From a virus, in the IMG/VR virus record IMGVR_UViG_3300020420_000012, positions 17,636-81,635 of that record: 64,000 nucleotides of DNA; one strand, written 5' to 3'. Positions 47,296 through 55,007 of this stretch are shown one piece after another. Under the pieces are notes generated by a model. It saw only the letters and a program-made list of their open reading frames with translations. It did not search any database and was not told where the DNA came from. Position 1 is the first letter of the stretch. Each line of letters begins with the position of its first letter. A program made the position numbers and the translations under genes.

Positions 47296-47711
47296 CTAAA
47301 AAAGTCCACTATGTAAAAATAATTTCTGTTGAGGTATCGATACACATCGCTTTTTCGATAGAATCCTATCTGATCTAAATCGATAATCTTTAGTTGCCTG
47401 TCTGGTGTCACGATCAGGTTGAGTGAATGTATGTCTTCGGCAAATAAAAATAAATCTTTGTCCTTGATACGAGTCAAGGTGTTCATAAAGTCCATACATT
47501 TCGACAACACCCACATCATATCTTCTACAGATTTCATATCAGTTTCTTTTAATGTTGTTCCTTGTACGTACTCATAAATTATTTTTTTATCGTCATACTC
47601 AATTATGTTTGGAACCATCGAATGATTTAACTCAATCAGATTATCGATTGGTGTCTTGTGCTCTGTTGGACGAGCCGACCTGTTATCCTTAAATATTTTT
47701 TTATGTAACAT
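47277..47711 (-). CDS. Small kinase, APH/RIO/protein-kinase-like fold
   Basis: VPNIIEY...YEYVQG...DIHSLNLIV...IIDLD. Confidence 0.6.
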   Translation of the reverse strand: MLHKKIFKDNRSARPTEHKTPIDNLIELNHSMVPNIIEYDDKKIIYEYVQGTTLKETDMKSVEDMMWVLSKCMDFMNTLTRIKDKDLFLFAEDIHSLNLIVTPDRQLKIIDLDQIGFYRKSDVYRYLNRNYFYIVDFFRCRNYT

Positions 47712-48216
47712 TGATTATACTTGCAGGTAGTCTGTTATAGCATTCATCATAACTCTTATCAAAGATACTGAGTTTTAAGAGTAGTCTTTCTTCTGAATGT
47801 TTCTTTACGGCGTGTCTTTTACTTACGTTGATAAGCGCGCATTCATACTGAATGTCACCGATGTCTTCAAATGTTATTGGTCCAAAATTATCTGACAATA
47901 GTATGTTGATACAAGTTTGAGTACCGTTGTCGCTGTGCATAGGAACTTCGGTGTTTGCGTGTTGTTTCAAGTATCTTGGATCAATCTTAACGTCAAACAA
48001 ACTCTCAAAGTATCGTGTTAATTTTGCTATGTCGCCAAAAGGTTTCTTCATGTGACCAAACTCCCATGATGGAAAGTTTTCAAATGGTGTACCTTTTGCT
48101 TTTTTACTCTTAATCTTAAGAGGTTTAAAATCAATGAGTTCTGATTCTAGAATCAGTTTGTCAACGTCATAATTAATTTTTAAGTGTGTCAGGTAATCTT
48201 TCGATACATTCTTCAT
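47701..48216 (-). CDS. Fe(II)/2OG-type (DSBH) oxygenase
   Basis: HSD...CINILL...CALIN...HAV...ERLLLKL. Confidence 0.65.
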   Translation of the reverse strand: MKNVSKDYLTHLKINYDVDKLILESELIDFKPLKIKSKKAKGTPFENFPSWEFGHMKKPFGDIAKLTRYFESLFDVKIDPRYLKQHANTEVPMHSDNGTQTCINILLSDNFGPITFEDIGDIQYECALINVSKRHAVKKHSEERLLLKLSIFDKSYDECYNRLPASIINVT

Positions 48217-48667
48217 ATGTCTTATCCAAAATACTAAGATTAAATAACCATCTCTCTGTCTTACTCGATTTAACCTTATGTTTCTTTTTTATGTTAAGTA
48301 GTGCACAATCATAATACACGTCACCAATATCTTCAAACGTTATTGGTGAATTATTGTCTGATAATAGAATGTTAATAGAACACATTGGTCTTCCATCGGT
48401 ATGAAACGGTATTTCACAACCGGGCATCTGTTTAAAAAATTGTGTTCTAATTTTTGTTTCAAATAGGTTTTGAAAGTAAGTTGATATTCTATTAACTTCT
48501 TCGATATGATCTATGTCTCTGCAGATTTGCCAACCAGGTGCATGTATAAAAAAAGAATTCTGTGCTTTCTTTACATTATTAAGTTTAAAGTCTACGTAAT
48601 CTACCGTATCAAGATCTTTTATAAGTCTTTCTTTATCATATTTAAAATTAAGGTGAGTGAAATGCAT
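48173..48667 (-). CDS. Fe(II)/2OG-type (DSBH) oxygenase
   Basis: HTD...CSINILL...CALLN...HKV...ERWLFNL. Confidence 0.65.
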   Translation of the reverse strand: MHFTHLNFKYDKERLIKDLDTVDYVDFKLNNVKKAQNSFFIHAPGWQICRDIDHIEEVNRISTYFQNLFETKIRTQFFKQMPGCEIPFHTDGRPMCSINILLSDNNSPITFEDIGDVYYDCALLNIKKKHKVKSSKTERWLFNLSILDKTYEECIERLPDTLKN

Positions 48668-49403
48668 ATCTCATCAATCTTCTCTTAACGTGCGAGGGTG
48701 TGTGATCACGCTTGTGACTGACTGTCATATTATTCCAAATAACTAGATCTCCTACACTCCAATTATGAATGTAAATATTTTCTTCATCATCAAATATTTT
48801 GTTAAGATCTTCATAGTACTCAGTACCAGCGTATGCTGGACTAAAGAAAATGTACTCACCAAACTGATCATTTCGATAAATGCTTTGCTTAGATCTTGAC
48901 TTCATAAGAAACGCTCGCTTATAGACTTCTGACCTAAAGTCATGTGGATACTTGGATCTTTCAAAATAGTTTCGTACTGAAAATTCTACACTACCCTCAT
49001 CAATAACTTTTTGTTTAAGTTCATCATCTAATTTTTTCCATGCATTGATTGAATCACAAAAATAAGTAGGACTTGAACCTTCGTCTGCTTGCTTACAATA
49101 AAGTCCTACAAACGGATGGATCGAGTCAAGGTAAGCTCTGTCGTTATGCCACATCATGTCTTCTTCTTGCCAAACATGATCCTCTTTTTTATTATCAGTT
49201 CCTATCGGTACTTCTTTTTTTCCATACAAATCTTGCTCTTCAAGCTCACCAATATATCTAATCAACTCTTCATTTGCATTCTTAATTATTAAAACCTGTA
49301 TCTTTCCGTTGTAAAAGTCTCTTATCCATCTTTGATAAAGATGTGACTGTTCGGTTTTTATGAAGGTTTGTGGTATTTCTCTAAGCATAGTTCTCCGATC
49401 CAA
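48648..49403 (-). CDS. TauD/TfdA family dioxygenase
   Basis: WHND...LYC...TYFCD..AW..L...HNWSVGDLVIWNN...HKR...R.LMR. Confidence 0.85.
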   Translation of the reverse strand: MDRRTMLREIPQTFIKTEQSHLYQRWIRDFYNGKIQVLIIKNANEELIRYIGELEEQDLYGKKEVPIGTDNKKEDHVWQEEDMMWHNDRAYLDSIHPFVGLYCKQADEGSSPTYFCDSINAWKKLDDELKQKVIDEGSVEFSVRNYFERSKYPHDFRSEVYKRAFLMKSRSKQSIYRNDQFGEYIFFSPAYAGTEYYEDLNKIFDDEENIYIHNWSVGDLVIWNNMTVSHKRDHTPSHVKRRLMRYAFHSP

Positions 49404-49873
49404 CCAATGTACTGATAGTGTCCATCAGCTACTTTATATTTATTATCATTCGTGTTAAAATTAATTGCATTACACAGTCTTCTCATAATGTACGGTGTCT
49501 TATCTTCTCTTGAAAAAAATATATTACTACAACATAATTTATTCTTACAGTACTGAATTTGTTGTTTCAACATCTCTTCGGTAGAAGGTCTTACAAACCT
49601 ACGGTTTTCATATTGTGATATGTTTATTCCATCATCATAATAATATCTTGACAGCACTCTTAGCATGCCGTTAAAAATTGGTCTATCGTGTATAAAACTA
49701 ACAGAAACTGGTCTTTCATAATGTAAGCCTATCGTACATGCCACGTCATCTTTTATCTTAAAGTAATTTTTAGATATTTTATTTTTATTGTTGTTGACCG
49801 CTTTATGACATAGATACTTTATTTCAAATTCTAAGTCACTACTTTTTGCTGTTATAAACTTCCAACCATTCAC
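49358..49873 (-). CDS. Hypothetical protein, possibly GNAT-like
   Basis: RVLSRYY...MLKQQIQYC...FFSRE pattern; weak support. Confidence 0.35.
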   Translation of the reverse strand: MNGWKFITAKSSDLEFEIKYLCHKAVNNNKNKISKNYFKIKDDVACTIGLHYERPVSVSFIHDRPIFNGMLRVLSRYYYDDGINISQYENRRFVRPSTEEMLKQQIQYCKNKLCCSNIFFSREDKTPYIMRRLCNAINFNTNDNKYKVADGHYQYIGWIGELCLEKYHKPS

Positions 49874-50549
49874 AGTCTAATTTCTCCTGAGAGTCCATTA
49901 CAATCATGAGATGAGTCCTTGGTTCGCTGCCTTCATTTTTTACCCAATGATTCTTACCTGAGTTAATAAACCAAACATATCCATCTGCAGGAACGTGCAC
50001 ATCATTCATCGTAGCTTTTTCATTAGTGTCTATTGCAATATGATATCGAGTAGAAAACGTTGTGTCATAATCACGATGTGGCGCTATGCCGCCACCTGGT
50101 TCTGTTATCGCTATACAGACTCTTGTAACTCTTTTACCAAACCCTTTTACTACTTTTTCTAAGTAAGGAGGTAAATCTTTTTTAAGTTTACTGTAAGCCC
50201 GCTCGTCAAATCGCTTATCATTTTTCATGAATCCACGATCATATCTTTTACCAGAGTTTCTGTCTTTAGGTATCTCGTAATCAGGATTAAAATCAGTTAA
50301 AGCTATCTGTTTATACGGTATACGATTCCAGTCAAAATTGCTATCAACTTCTTTATTTGTTTTACCGTATGCGGCTGGCGATAAGTTATAACCATAAGCA
50401 TCACGTAAATTCTTGTACGGTCCTTCTTCCATGGAATCTTTCAAGTCTCGGGACACGTATTCGTGTATGTCTTTTCTCAACATACCGATATTGTATTTTA
50501 TATCAAGCTTAATGAGCTCTGGTAATTCGTTCCTTGATTTCCAGTTCAT
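49839..50549 (-). CDS. Aspartyl/asparaginyl beta-hydroxylase-like dioxygenase
   Basis: PGGGIAPHRD...RYHIAI.TN...DG.VWFIN...HWVKN.G...RTHL. Confidence 0.8.
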   Translation of the reverse strand: MNWKSRNELPELIKLDIKYNIGMLRKDIHEYVSRDLKDSMEEGPYKNLRDAYGYNLSPAAYGKTNKEVDSNFDWNRIPYKQIALTDFNPDYEIPKDRNSGKRYDRGFMKNDKRFDERAYSKLKKDLPPYLEKVVKGFGKRVTRVCIAITEPGGGIAPHRDYDTTFSTRYHIAIDTNEKATMNDVHVPADGYVWFINSGKNHWVKNEGSEPRTHLMIVMDSQEKLDCEWLEVYNSKK

Positions 50550-50632
50550 GATACCTGTATAGCGACATAGATCAACGTACCTAGAATACTAAAATTAATT
50601 ATCATATTCACGTAGTGTGGATTTGGTGCCAT
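50546..50632 (-). CDS. 28-aa peptide MAPNPHYVNMIINFSILGTLIYVAIQVS
   Basis: Strong AAGGAG Shine-Dalgarno; its TGA overlaps the hydroxylase ATG (ATGA). Confidence 0.6.
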   Translation of the reverse strand: MAPNPHYVNMIINFSILGTLIYVAIQVS

Positions 50633-50703
50633 AATCTTTCTCCTTTTTGATGAGGGTGGTTTGTATGGTATTCCACCCGTATAGTCAATGATTCTTCCCC
50701 ACA

Positions 50704-50919
50704 TTAGTTCATACCTAACCATGTGTTCACTTCAAACACTTCGATTAACATGAAACTGAACAGCAGAAGTAGAATACTCCACAGTATCAGTTTACCACTG
50801 AAGTTCGTTGCTGCCATCTTGATCGCAATGAGTTCGTTACCCAAGAATCGTAGTGCCAGTTCGAACTCGTTGTGTTCGTCTTTGACTACGATACCGTTTT
50901 TCTTTTCTACTTCTGCCAT
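50704..50919 (-). CDS. Small membrane protein
   Basis: NEFELALRFLGNELIA followed by a TM segment. Confidence 0.55.
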   Translation of the reverse strand: MAEVEKKNGIVVKDEHNEFELALRFLGNELIAIKMAATNFSGKLILWSILLLLFSFMLIEVFEVNTWLGMN

Positions 50920-50927
50920 ATTTTATC

Positions 50928-51161
50928 CTATTTCTTTTCGCTTACATAAGCATAGAGTTCGTTAGCTCTCTTAACGATCTCTTCTGGCTTGTACATGTCA
51001 GGTACGTACTTATCATACGCTTCCTTAATATCTTTACCAGTTTCTTGATTTTCATCAATCATACGATGCATGAAATCCATCTGTAATTGAAATTGTTGGT
51101 CAGCCATCTCTTTGGCCATTCTTAAAGTTTCGAGTCTGATCTCGTATGGATTTTTAGACAT
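50928..51161 (-). CDS. Hypothetical phage protein
   Basis: MSKNPYEIRLETLRMAKEM...EEIVKRANELYAYV; GGAGGA Shine-Dalgarno. Confidence 0.65.
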   Translation of the reverse strand: MSKNPYEIRLETLRMAKEMADQQFQLQMDFMHRMIDENQETGKDIKEAYDKYVPDMYKPEEIVKRANELYAYVSEKK

Positions 51162-51184
51162 ATTGTCCTCCTGTGTGTTGTGTG

Positions 51185-51450
51185 TTGTGGAGAGATTCTG
51201 TTTCCACGCTCTCTCCGAGCGCATAGGAATTACGCTGCTTGAGCGAACTCCTGAGGTGCAAAATTATCGTTTGCATTTAGAGTTTTGTTCGCATTAACCG
51301 AGCTTACATCCGGATAACTCCACATCGCTATTGAACCTGTCGATCCTATTTCAGCCCCATCAAAACTACTCGATAATAGTGTTTTTGGTGGAGCTGCCGG
51401 GTACCGCCCCCGGGTCCAGCGAACCATTCGCTTTGCTTCATCGTTATATA
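51185..51450 (-). ncRNA. ssrA: Two-piece (circularly permuted) tmRNA
   Basis: Acceptor piece with T-arm CCGGG-GGCGGTA-CCCGG and CAGCTCCACCA ending at 51386; spacer; coding piece starting GGGGCTGAAATAGGATCGAC at 51358; G3-U70 alanine identity pair; tag ANDNFAPQEFAQAA* at 51274-51230. Outer boundaries approximate. Confidence 0.93.
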
Positions 51451-51456
51451 GTATAT

Positions 51457-51485
51457 ATTATACCATAAAAATTAACATTTGTACA
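51457..51485 (-). promoter_or_regulatory. Phage early promoter for tmRNA
   Basis: TGTACA-N17-TATAAT. Confidence 0.75.
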
Positions 51486-51494
51486 CCTTTTTTT

Positions 51495-51502
51495 TATAAA
51501 TA
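51495..51502 (+). promoter_or_regulatory. T4-type late promoter TATAAATA
   Basis: Exact match upstream of the 51525 ORF, back-to-back with the tmRNA promoter. Confidence 0.7.
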
Positions 51503-51524
51503 GTTATGAAGAAGAGGATTAAAA

Positions 51525-52007
51525 ATGATTGAAGTAGCAGCTGCATTAAGTGTAGCGACAAGCGCGTTTAATGCTATCAAAAAAGGTTTCGAGGTCGGTA
51601 GAGATATCGAGTCAATGTCAGGTGACTTAAGCAGATGGATGGGTGCAGCATCAGACATTAATAAAGCAGATGAATACGCAAAGAAACCACCACTATTTAA
51701 AAAGTTATTTGCATCAGGTTCAGTTGAAGAAGAAGCGATGGCGTCATTCATGGCTAAGAAAAAAGCCGAAGATATGCGTTATCAACTTAAACAACTCATA
51801 TCATTGACACGCGGTCCTGCAGCATGGGATGAGTTACTAAAGACCGAAGGTGAGATAAGAAAGAAACGACAGCGTATGATTTATGAACAAAAAGAACGCC
51901 AAAGAAAAATAATGGAATGGACAGCTATAACAATCGGCATTGCCGTATTTGGTGGATTTATTTTCTGGTTAGTAGGATTAGCAATGAAGGCACAAGGTAT
52001 ACTTTGA
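51525..52007 (+). CDS. Phage membrane-anchored protein
   Basis: AFNAIKKG...GRDIESM..DL.RW...C-terminal TM. Confidence 0.65.
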   Translation: MIEVAAALSVATSAFNAIKKGFEVGRDIESMSGDLSRWMGAASDINKADEYAKKPPLFKKLFASGSVEEEAMASFMAKKKAEDMRYQLKQLISLTRGPAAWDELLKTEGEIRKKRQRMIYEQKERQRKIMEWTAITIGIAVFGGFIFWLVGLAMKAQGIL

Positions 52008-52390
52008 TAAAAGATTATTACTGGCTCATAACAACTATATCGTTTATTATTTGTATTTTTTTATTTACAGTATTAGCACATGCTGGTGGTAAAATATACG
52101 AGCCAAAAGATCCAAAATACGGTCAGAAAAAACAATACACTAGACAACAGTTAATTCAGCGTGGTAACAACGACGCAAAAAAATATACCACGTGTCGACT
52201 CATGAAAAGAATTAAGTCACGTACTACCGGAAGACAAGCATGTATCTATATTGGTGGAAACAAAACGTTTACACTTATGTACGAAGATAAATGCCCAGCG
52301 TCTTACAAGTGCGAGTACAATCCATGGAGTAAAGAACCAAGTATTGACGACGTAATTGATAGTCTAAACTCAATAAAGAAAGGTAAATAA
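51917..52390 (+). CDS. Hypothetical exported Cys-containing protein (start probably near 52004)
   Basis: TM/signal segment, then TTCRL...ACIY...CPASYKC. Confidence 0.55.
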   Translation: MDSYNNRHCRIWWIYFLVSRISNEGTRYTLIKDYYWLITTISFIICIFLFTVLAHAGGKIYEPKDPKYGQKKQYTRQQLIQRGNNDAKKYTTCRLMKRIKSRTTGRQACIYIGGNKTFTLMYEDKCPASYKCEYNPWSKEPSIDDVIDSLNSIKKGK

Positions 52391-52393
52391 ATA

Positions 52394-52528
52394 ATGTCAG
52401 GAAGTCCAGAAAGATGGTGTAACACATGTGGCTGTAGGTGTCATTGTTATTCACCTGATTGCCCCAACTGCGCAAATGACGTGTGCTATAAATGTAATTG
52501 TAAAAAGGATGACGATATTCAAACATGA
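52394..52528 (+). CDS. Cys-rich metallothionein-like mini-protein (44 aa)
   Basis: Hand translation MSGSPERWCNTCGCRCHCYSPDCPNCANDVCYKCNCKKDDDIQT: 10 Cys and 1 His. Confidence 0.6.
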   Translation: MSGSPERWCNTCGCRCHCYSPDCPNCANDVCYKCNCKKDDDIQT

Positions 52529-52793
52529 AAATTTTGTACTTGATTTAAATGCAGCTCATAAGAGTATTCTTTACAAAGATAATAAGTTACTCTTTATGGG
52601 TGATGGATATAAAGCTATCCAGATACTTATTAGCCAAAGTACTGACCCTAAACCGGTAAAGCATAAATTCAATGCACAATTACGTATGAGAGAAAAACCT
52701 AAATTTGATACAGCAAGTGATGAGTTAGAAAGACTTAGAAGAGAAGCTCAAGCATCAATAGTTAAAACACCAGAAAAAAAGAAAAGAAGATAA
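52509..52793 (+). CDS. Hypothetical protein
   Basis: Start moved to MTIFKHENF. Confidence 0.5.
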   Translation: MTIFKHENFVLDLNAAHKSILYKDNKLLFMGDGYKAIQILISQSTDPKPVKHKFNAQLRMREKPKFDTASDELERLRREAQASIVKTPEKKKRR

Positions 52794-53008
52794 TGCACGC
52801 ATTTTTATTGATGGTATATATGGGACAAGCATTGGTCAGTAAAGACATGTACTTTAAAAATATTAATGATTGTTTATATTTTGCTGATAGACTTAACAAC
52901 CAACCGATGGTGCCAAACCGCAACGCACAAGAGGGAGTTGATAAGTTGGTTAAGTACGTTGCGGTTTGTGTTCCCAAGAATGTTGGGAATAACATGAAAT
53001 TATACTAG
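52793..53008 (+). CDS. Hypothetical protein
   Basis: MYF..INDC.YFA.RL...AVCVP motif. Confidence 0.55.
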   Translation: MHAFLLMVYMGQALVSKDMYFKNINDCLYFADRLNNQPMVPNRNAQEGVDKLVKYVAVCVPKNVGNNMKLY

Positions 53009-53347
53009 TTTACCTATTTCATAATTAAATTCTTTATTGATCTTAATACTATCATTTTCAAAACAATCATGTACATATAATTGTATGATGGCATAATGTA
53101 ACACTTTCATTAAGTCTTTACGAGCATCATCTCTGTTACCTTTTTTACCGTATCTTTGTGCGTACTTCATAATATTACCGATACAGAAACCTGTGCCGTG
53201 ACCACCGTCGATTATAAATTCTGTGGCTTGAAAGTGTTCTCTAGAATAGTGACCAGTGTAAGTTGAATCAATAACTCTTAACAACTCTTCAACATATTCT
53301 TTTTCATTAAACTTATATTCACCTTTCGGTTCTTTCGCTATACTCAT
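53000..53347 (-). CDS. DUF3310-like protein
   Basis: TY..HY...QATEFI...GFCIGNIMKYAQRYGKKG...DLMKVLHYA. Confidence 0.75.
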   Translation of the reverse strand: MSIAKEPKGEYKFNEKEYVEELLRVIDSTYTGHYSREHFQATEFIIDGGHGTGFCIGNIMKYAQRYGKKGNRDDARKDLMKVLHYAIIQLYVHDCFENDSIKINKEFNYEIGKLV

Positions 53348-53565
53348 TTTTTAAAAAACCTCGTTGCCATCTTAATTGGATTCTTCAATCCTTCATATGT
53401 ATCATCAATAAAGTCGATATGTTTATCGAACTTTGCACTTAGCTTATCTACTTTTGCTTCTATATTATCTAACTTTTTTTCTAGTATATCGAAGTCTTTT
53501 TTAATAACGCTACGATAACCTTTAATTACTTCAGATGCATCACTCATGCTCACCTCCAGGATCAT
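53344..53565 (-). CDS. Small coiled-coil protein
   Basis: LEKKLDNIEAKVDKL...HIDFIDDTY. Confidence 0.5.
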   Translation of the reverse strand: MILEVSMSDASEVIKGYRSVIKKDFDILEKKLDNIEAKVDKLSAKFDKHIDFIDDTYEGLKNPIKMATRFFKK

Positions 53566-53926
53566 TCTTATCTAATTCGATTCTTTTACCACCATAATAC
53601 ATATACCTTGTTCTACTTGGTGTATGATAACCATTAGTCTTATGTTCTAATCTTAATTTAAATGCTTTTGGATTATTTTTTGCTGTTTCAAATGTTGCCA
53701 CTGTAATTACTATGGCTGCTAAAAATATAACGTGTGCTATCATTGTTACGCCCATAACAAAAATGCTACCTATATACATTGAAAAAACAATGCACCACAT
53801 CCAAGCCAAAACTTGCAAGACCATGTGCCGTGTATTTGTGTCAGGTATATGTTTTAAAGGATTTATATCAGCATTCATTATTCCATTCCAACTATCATAT
53901 ATAAATTCTCTCATTATTTTTCCCAT
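53540..53926 (-). CDS. Membrane protein
   Basis: NPLKHIPD...LQVLAWMWCIVF...TVATF...DPGGEHE. Confidence 0.6.
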   Translation of the reverse strand: MGKIMREFIYDSWNGIMNADINPLKHIPDTNTRHMVLQVLAWMWCIVFSMYIGSIFVMGVTMIAHVIFLAAIVITVATFETAKNNPKAFKLRLEHKTNGYHTPSRTRYMYYGGKRIELDKNDPGGEHE

Positions 53927-54468
53927 CTGTAGAATATATGATTAGCCACTACTAACGTTTTTGTTTTTTGTTTACGCCATGCTGGAAAAACATAATCAGC
54001 ATGATAATGCGTTGCACCTTTTGTTATATCATCGTTATAAGAACCAAAGAAAACCTTTTGTGCAATTGCTAAAGCTATCTGATAGACATCGATATCGTAT
54101 AACGGTATCTCATCGCTCTTACCATCACAGTACCAGCTAAACTGACACCTATGTCTTATAGGTACAATCTTGCCATGTTTTTTAAACCACCATTTACTAG
54201 TCGGACCTTGTTTGATAACTTCACAATGACTATTTGGAAACCTTGAATCCTCAACTCTGTTATCTGTAACTAAAGCAACAGCCCACATACCTTTCACTGG
54301 TTGATTGCGTGCTTCCCAATAAATGTTATCTGCTAAACAGATGATTTGTTCGTGCATACTTTTTATTGGTTCTGATGCAGGTGCTGGTGGACTACAAAAA
54401 CTTAAACCAAGAAAGCCTATAGCACCGATAATTAAACCGATGCTATTATTTTGTGGATTAACTGACAT
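53914..54468 (-). CDS. Cell wall hydrolase, SleB/Hydrolase_2 family
   Basis: CLADNIYWEARNQ...NRV...FP...CQFSWYCDGKSD...GATHYHA.YV.PAW...HIFY; start adjusted. Confidence 0.88.
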   Translation of the reverse strand: MSVNPQNNSIGLIIGAIGFLGLSFCSPPAPASEPIKSMHEQIICLADNIYWEARNQPVKGMWAVALVTDNRVEDSRFPNSHCEVIKQGPTSKWWFKKHGKIVPIRHRCQFSWYCDGKSDEIPLYDIDVYQIALAIAQKVFFGSYNDDITKGATHYHADYVFPAWRKQKTKTLVVANHIFYRWEK

Positions 54469-54649
54469 ACCAAGCATTCTCTGTTTCTTCAGCGATTGCA
54501 AATTGATCGAGCCAGTTGTACTCAACTTTTCTAAGCTTTTCAACCTTTTGCTGAGCTTCCCATGCTGAATCACTATCTTTGATAAGAATTAAAGCTTTGT
54601 CATAAAACTCTTCTTGTAAGTCCATCATTAAACTTTTAACTTTTGCCAT
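54458..54649 (-). CDS. Hypothetical early protein
   Basis: MAKVKSLMMDLQE; coupled to its neighbours. Confidence 0.55.
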   Translation of the reverse strand: MAKVKSLMMDLQEEFYDKALILIKDSDSAWEAQQKVEKLRKVEYNWLDQFAIAEETENAWYVS

Positions 54650-54915
54650 TATTGAATCTCCCAACCAAGGTGTTCAGCTACCCAGTCATTACCTAAATCG
54701 TAACCGATAGCGATAATGGCACCTTCTCTTGGAAGAGTGTCCATATACTTAATTAACTTTTTAGCACCGGAGATATTACCGTCCTTGAAGAAATTTAAGA
54801 TAGACTTAAAGTCTTTTGCGTCTTGCTTATACATATCAGCCATATCTTCCTCAATGGCCCACTTAGACTTTGAATTCTTAACTGTTTCTGATATTAATTT
54901 TTTTAAATGTTTCAT
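54649..54915 (-). CDS. Hypothetical early protein
   Basis: AGGAG Shine-Dalgarno; early promoter upstream. Confidence 0.6.
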   Translation of the reverse strand: MKHLKKLISETVKNSKSKWAIEEDMADMYKQDAKDFKSILNFFKDGNISGAKKLIKYMDTLPREGAIIAIGYDLGNDWVAEHLGWEIQ

Positions 54916-54950
54916 AAAATCAACTCCTTAATTTTTTATTTTATAGTAAT

Positions 54951-54979
54951 ATTATACCATAAAAAAAAGGCTTTGTACA
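54951..54979 (-). promoter_or_regulatory. Phage early promoter
   Basis: TGTACA-N17-TATAAT with a long A-tract. Confidence 0.75.
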
Positions 54980-55007
54980 CCTTTTTTTTACTTTTTTTTT
55001 AAAAAAA

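Noticed and set aside
51230-51427. 65-aa ORF MVRWTRG...AQAA
   Set aside because: It is a read-through of the tmRNA gene; only the tag portion is expected to be translated, by trans-translation.
51386-51430. Possible tRNA-Ala
   Set aside because: Only the T-arm and 3' acceptor strand are present; the 5' strand lies downstream, as expected for a permuted tmRNA.
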